Positions 62,410 to 64,000 of a stretch of DNA of 64,000 bases are shown here, in pieces (position 1 is the stretch's first letter; the number at the start of each line of letters is the position of its first letter). Source of the DNA: Spirogloea muscicola (Eukaryota); contig WELB01000026.1 in NCBI GenBank assembly GCA_009602725.1, forward strand, positions 900,185 through 964,184, given 5' to 3'. A program made the translations under genes and the position numbers. Under the pieces are notes generated by a model. That model was not told the origin of the DNA. It saw only the letters and a list, made by a program, of their open reading frames with translations, and searched no databases.

Positions 62410-64000
62410 GGAGGAAAGCGGCTGCTGATATTAGAAGAGCGGCTGTGAAAGCCAGCCAGATGCATACAGGTGTTCATGACGGAGCCACAGGCTAGACAGC
62501 CAGGGCGCTCTTAGTAACCCCGTGTCAGCAGTAGGAAGTCAGATGAGCTGAGGGGAGGAAGAGCAACCCCGCTGCGCAAGCCAGAGGCTGCTGCAAGGGC
62601 ACGACCAGCGCGGCGATGCAAAGCAAGCGCTTGGGAGGGGGGGGTAAGGGGGAGCCGTTGAGTACCCAAAGAAGAAGAAGAGGCTCTCCCAATGGGGCAA
62701 GGGCTGTGAGAAGCCAGCCCGAAAAGAATTGACAAGGTTCGAAGGGGCCAAACTACGACCTAAGCAGCGAATGCGGGGCTTGAAGAGGCTATGGCAGAAC
62801 GGGGGAGGATGGACCACTCAGTAGTTACGAGTGAGGAGCCTCACTCAAAGAGGTCCCAAGCTTTATTTGCTACTCTTACGCAGTGCACAGGCTTGCTCTG
62901 GCCTCCATTTGTAGTGTAGTCCTTTTCCGGCTCCCCTTTCTTTGGCTTTGGACATTGTCCATTCTTTTTTGGGCTGGCTTTGCCAGCCCCTCTTCTCTAT
63001 GGGCGCGCATTTCTCTCATTTGCATGCATGCGCACCCCGCGTTTTCTCTTTTCTCTTTTCTGGGTGTGTGGTGACACTTCTCTCCGGCTTGGCTTGGCCT
63101 CCTTCAAGTCAGGCAGAAAGTAAGCTCTTCCGGCTGCTAGTCTTTCTGACTTGCGGCTGCTTACCAGGTATTACTAAGTGAACCAGATATTTGTGGTGCT
63201 TGCTTAGCTTGTGTGTTGTAGCCCTTGTTCGGCCCTGCCGGACCTTGTCCTTTTGGTCAATACTGTGTGGGCTGGCTTTTCACAGCCTTCGCCCCCTTGT
63301 GGCTCGTACGTCATGTGTCAGCCTAAGTGTAGCGAGCTCAGGCTCACCCTTTGCACCAGAAAGCTGGTCGAGCTTTAGCACTAACGCCCGCCGCAGCCTT
63401 GGGGAGCCGGTGGACTTCCATGCCGCCGGCTCGCTTGCGCGGGCATATCGCATGCGCTTGGCCGGCTCGCTGCAGCGGTCCATGGCTCGCGCGCGGCATC
63501 TCCTCGCCGGTCGTGCCCTTGCTGCCGCCTCTGGCCCTAGCCAGGGGACTTGCTACCAGGAGACGACTTTCTCCAACCTGCGGTTGCTTGGTAGGGCTTA
63601 CTGAATGTTTTGTAGCTACATGATTTTGTGTGCTTTAGCTGGTGGCACAAGGGCTCGTCATTCGCCGTCCGGTACTCGAGCATCAATTGGCGACCTCCGC
63701 GTGCTGACTTGTGGTTACGGAGAGGCTCAGCTTAGCAGCAGGCGATGTACATCTGTCAACGTGCTTGCCTTCTGTACTTGGCCACTCAGGCCCTCCACCA
63801 CTCAACAGACACTCCAGTCCGGAGTTTCTGATGAGCTTCTTCCTCTCGATGGGGGAGCCTGCGCAACGCCCACGGCGATGGCGCAGCGAGACCAGGCCAG
63901 ACCGACCGCCTCCGCATCCACTCTGCTGACTCGGGGGTACCAAGAAGAATAGAGTGTGTACTAAGGGCGCCCTGTCTGCCTAGCCTGTGGCTCCGCCAAT
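62410..64000. mobile_element. Stacked 3' ends of the same retrotransposon family in both orientations
   Basis: (-) LLTRNY* unit, then ALHRRAGRALAAASG...LLTRGY* plus UTR; (+) hairpins at 62971 and 63269, RMRLAGSLQRSMARARHLLAGRALAAASG, and LLTRGY with UTR running off the window end. Confidence 0.78.

Noticed and set aside
63825..63870. CTGATGAG resembling a hammerhead ribozyme core
   Set aside because: No correctly placed GAAA or stem III downstream; the context matches a degenerate retro-UTR unit

Overview
GC-rich, intron-dense eukaryotic nuclear DNA from a streptophyte green alga (probably Zygnematophyceae; inferred from plant-like HCF164/HIR/HESO1/root-cap genes together with the B12 chaperone MMADHC). 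About 16 spliced protein-coding genes can be reconstructed by eye: TrmA/RlmD-type RNA methyltransferase, HCF164, an SH3b+NlpC/P60 peptidoglycan endopeptidase, a secreted root-cap/Ole e1-like protein, NAT10, UBL5, pseudouridine kinase, TlyA, DUF3429/TMEM69, a mini CHORD-like protein, two tandem HIR (SPFH) genes, CDC123, an LptB-type ABC ATPase, MMADHC and HESO1. Two intron-bearing genes look like cyanobacterial cell-envelope machinery (LptB and the NlpC/P60 muropeptidase), hinting at a plastid envelope system beyond the known Mur/PBP pathway. Stacked 3'-end fragments of a CRE-like (RLE-type) non-LTR retrotransposon family, sharing a GGCTG-loop-CAGCC hairpin and a TR(G/N)Y-stop C-terminus, sit almost only just upstream of gene starts. 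There is also a fold-back copy of its RT region and a PHD-finger Ty3 fragment. Exon boundaries and family assignments come from manual reading and remembered motifs, not database searches.
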